From a bacterium (GTDB lineage: Bacteria; Zhuqueibacterota; Zhuqueibacteria; Zhuqueibacterales; Zhuqueibacteraceae), in assembly GCA_044869275.1 (NCBI GenBank), contig JBIOXB010000174.1, positions 1 through 28,317 on the forward strand: DNA of 28,317 nt, read 5' to 3'. Position numbers and translations under genes: made by a program. The stretch's first letter is position 1, and the number at the start of each line of letters is the position of its first letter. The notes beneath the pieces were generated by a model that did no database searches, was not told where the DNA came from, and saw nothing but the letters and a program-made list of their open reading frames with translations. Positions 27,037 to 28,317 of this stretch are shown here, one piece after another.

Positions 27037-28158
27037 TTGGCTGAAAATTTTCTGCGAAATAAACCGTTTCTCGGACTACTTGTTGTGCTTTTTTATTTGC
27101 CAATTATAACAGTTCGTTCGCAGGGAAAAAATTCTCTAACAGGCGTTGTCCTCGATATCGAAACCAACCTTCCCCTGCCGAATGTCAATGTCTTTCTTGA
27201 CAAATCGCTGATGGGCAGCGCCACGGATTCCAGCGGTCGTTTTGATATTAAGCACGTGCCCGCGGGAAGTTTTCAAATTGTGGTCTCCCACATCGGCTAT
27301 GAAGTGCAGAAGCGGGAAATTAACCTCACCAGCGAATTCAAAGATCGGCTCGTTTTCAATCTGCGCCCCACGGTCCTGCGAGGACCGGAAGTCGTGGTGA
27401 AGGCGGAAGATGAAAAGCAATGGCGACACGATCTTGAAAGATTCACTGATCTTATATTGAGCACCACCAAGAACGTCGCAGCAACCAAAATCTTGAATCC
27501 CCATGTACTCGTCTTTGGCGAAAACGGAAACGGCCAGTTTCAGGCAGTGGCGCGAGAGCCCTTGATCATTGAAAATCGGGCACTGGGCTATAAGCTCGCC
27601 TTTGTCTTGGATGACTTCGTTGCGACGAAGCAGAATTTGAGATATGCCGGTTTTACGAAATTTGAAGAGTTGGCGCCGGAATCGGAAAAGCAATACCAGA
27701 GGTGGCAGAAAAATCGACTGAGAGCATATCGCGGATCTCTGCGGCATTTCCTTGCGATTATCTGCGATACCCTGGCGCGTATCGATCTCAGACTCAAAGA
27801 AGAAGGATTCGAGATCTTTGCCTTCAAGCATTCTTGGGAACGAGAAAGCAGGCGCGTCGAGGAGCCGGTGAATTGGAGGCTTTTCTTCCGCCCTGGTGAG
27901 CAGCCGCATGAGATTTACTTGAGCTTTCCGGATTATCTCGGCGTGAAATATATGAATGAGAGCGAGGAGCGTGGCTATTTGCGCTATTATCAGGTTGAGC
28001 GTGAAGCGCAGGTGCAAGAATCGTGGATCAAGCTCGAGCAGAGTGTGGTCAAGCTTGACCGAAAAGGGCATTATTACAGCGATGCCGCCATCATGGAATT
28101 CGGATATTGGGCTTGGGAGAGACTCGCCGATATGCTGCCGCTTGAGTACAGGCCCTGA
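27037..28158 (+). CDS. carboxypeptidase-like regulatory domain-containing secreted protein; start uncertain
   Basis: Hydrophobic leader; LTGVVLD..T..PLPNVNVFL....G.ATDSSGRF...VVSHIGY, IIENRALGY, AYRGSLRHF, LADMLPLEY. TTG at 27037 chosen to avoid overlap with the endonuclease. Confidence 0.8.
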   Translation: MAENFLRNKPFLGLLVVLFYLPIITVRSQGKNSLTGVVLDIETNLPLPNVNVFLDKSLMGSATDSSGRFDIKHVPAGSFQIVVSHIGYEVQKREINLTSEFKDRLVFNLRPTVLRGPEVVVKAEDEKQWRHDLERFTDLILSTTKNVAATKILNPHVLVFGENGNGQFQAVAREPLIIENRALGYKLAFVLDDFVATKQNLRYAGFTKFEELAPESEKQYQRWQKNRLRAYRGSLRHFLAIICDTLARIDLRLKEEGFEIFAFKHSWERESRRVEEPVNWRLFFRPGEQPHEIYLSFPDYLGVKYMNESEERGYLRYYQVEREAQVQESWIKLEQSVVKLDRKGHYYSDAAIMEFGYWAWERLADMLPLEYRP

Positions 28159-28196
28159 TCTTTCCCTGCAGCAACAACAAAAATGGATCAAAGCAC

Positions 28197-28317
28197 ATGA
28201 TGAAACCAAAGTTCAGCCAATGGCCTGGCGTAGTGTGCGGCCTCATGCTCGTGTTGTTCGCTGGCATGATTTTTTCCCGGCCGTCTGCCATTCGGAAGTC
28301 CTCCGCAGTGGTGACGG
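28197..28317 (+). CDS. 5' end of a probable exported or membrane-anchored protein, truncated by the window edge
   Basis: MMKPKFSQWPGVVCGLMLVLFAGMIFSRP..., a signal-like N-terminus, open to the end of the window. Confidence 0.45.
   Translation, partial: MMKPKFSQWPGVVCGLMLVLFAGMIFSRPSAIRKSSAVVT

Noticed and set aside
27136..28209. 357-aa minus-strand ORF, and similar antisense ORFs at 9623-10507, 10931-12019, 16485-17387 and 21513-22271
   Set aside because: Shadow frames opposite well-supported genes.

Overview
Bacterial carbohydrate-utilisation region. Gene content and repeat style suggest an FCB-group or KSB1-like organism, which is an inference only. Left: the 5' part of a minus-strand TonB-dependent receptor gene (missing from the ORF track because it runs off the window), with a sigma70-like promoter and an adjacent LacI-type operator. 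4255-15350 (minus): a sugar-oxidation operon encoding a GntP permease, a gluconolactonase, three TIM-barrel isomerase/epimerase-family proteins, two Gfo/Idh/MocA oxidoreductases and an FGE-fold protein. It also holds a DUF1801 gene, a four-helix-bundle gene and two internally deleted pseudogenes (GH29 fucosidase, gluconate 2-dehydrogenase subunit 3). 16359-23941 (plus): deoC-like aldolase, SDR, atypical ROK kinase, SIS protein, MetE-fold protein, MBL hydrolase and a Tat-exported Gfo/Idh/MocA enzyme. 24068-27014: an AT-rich restriction-modification pair (DUF1156-type MTase plus NotI-like endonuclease), followed by a carboxypeptidase-regulatory-domain gene and a partial ORF. The most striking unexplained structure is a set of intergenic hairpins built from inverted arrays of degenerate 7-, 8- or 9/10-nt repeats, several starting right at stop codons. 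One 8-mer pair encloses the four-helix-bundle gene and another 8-mer pair is empty, suggesting a cargo-bearing versus empty repeat-element system.
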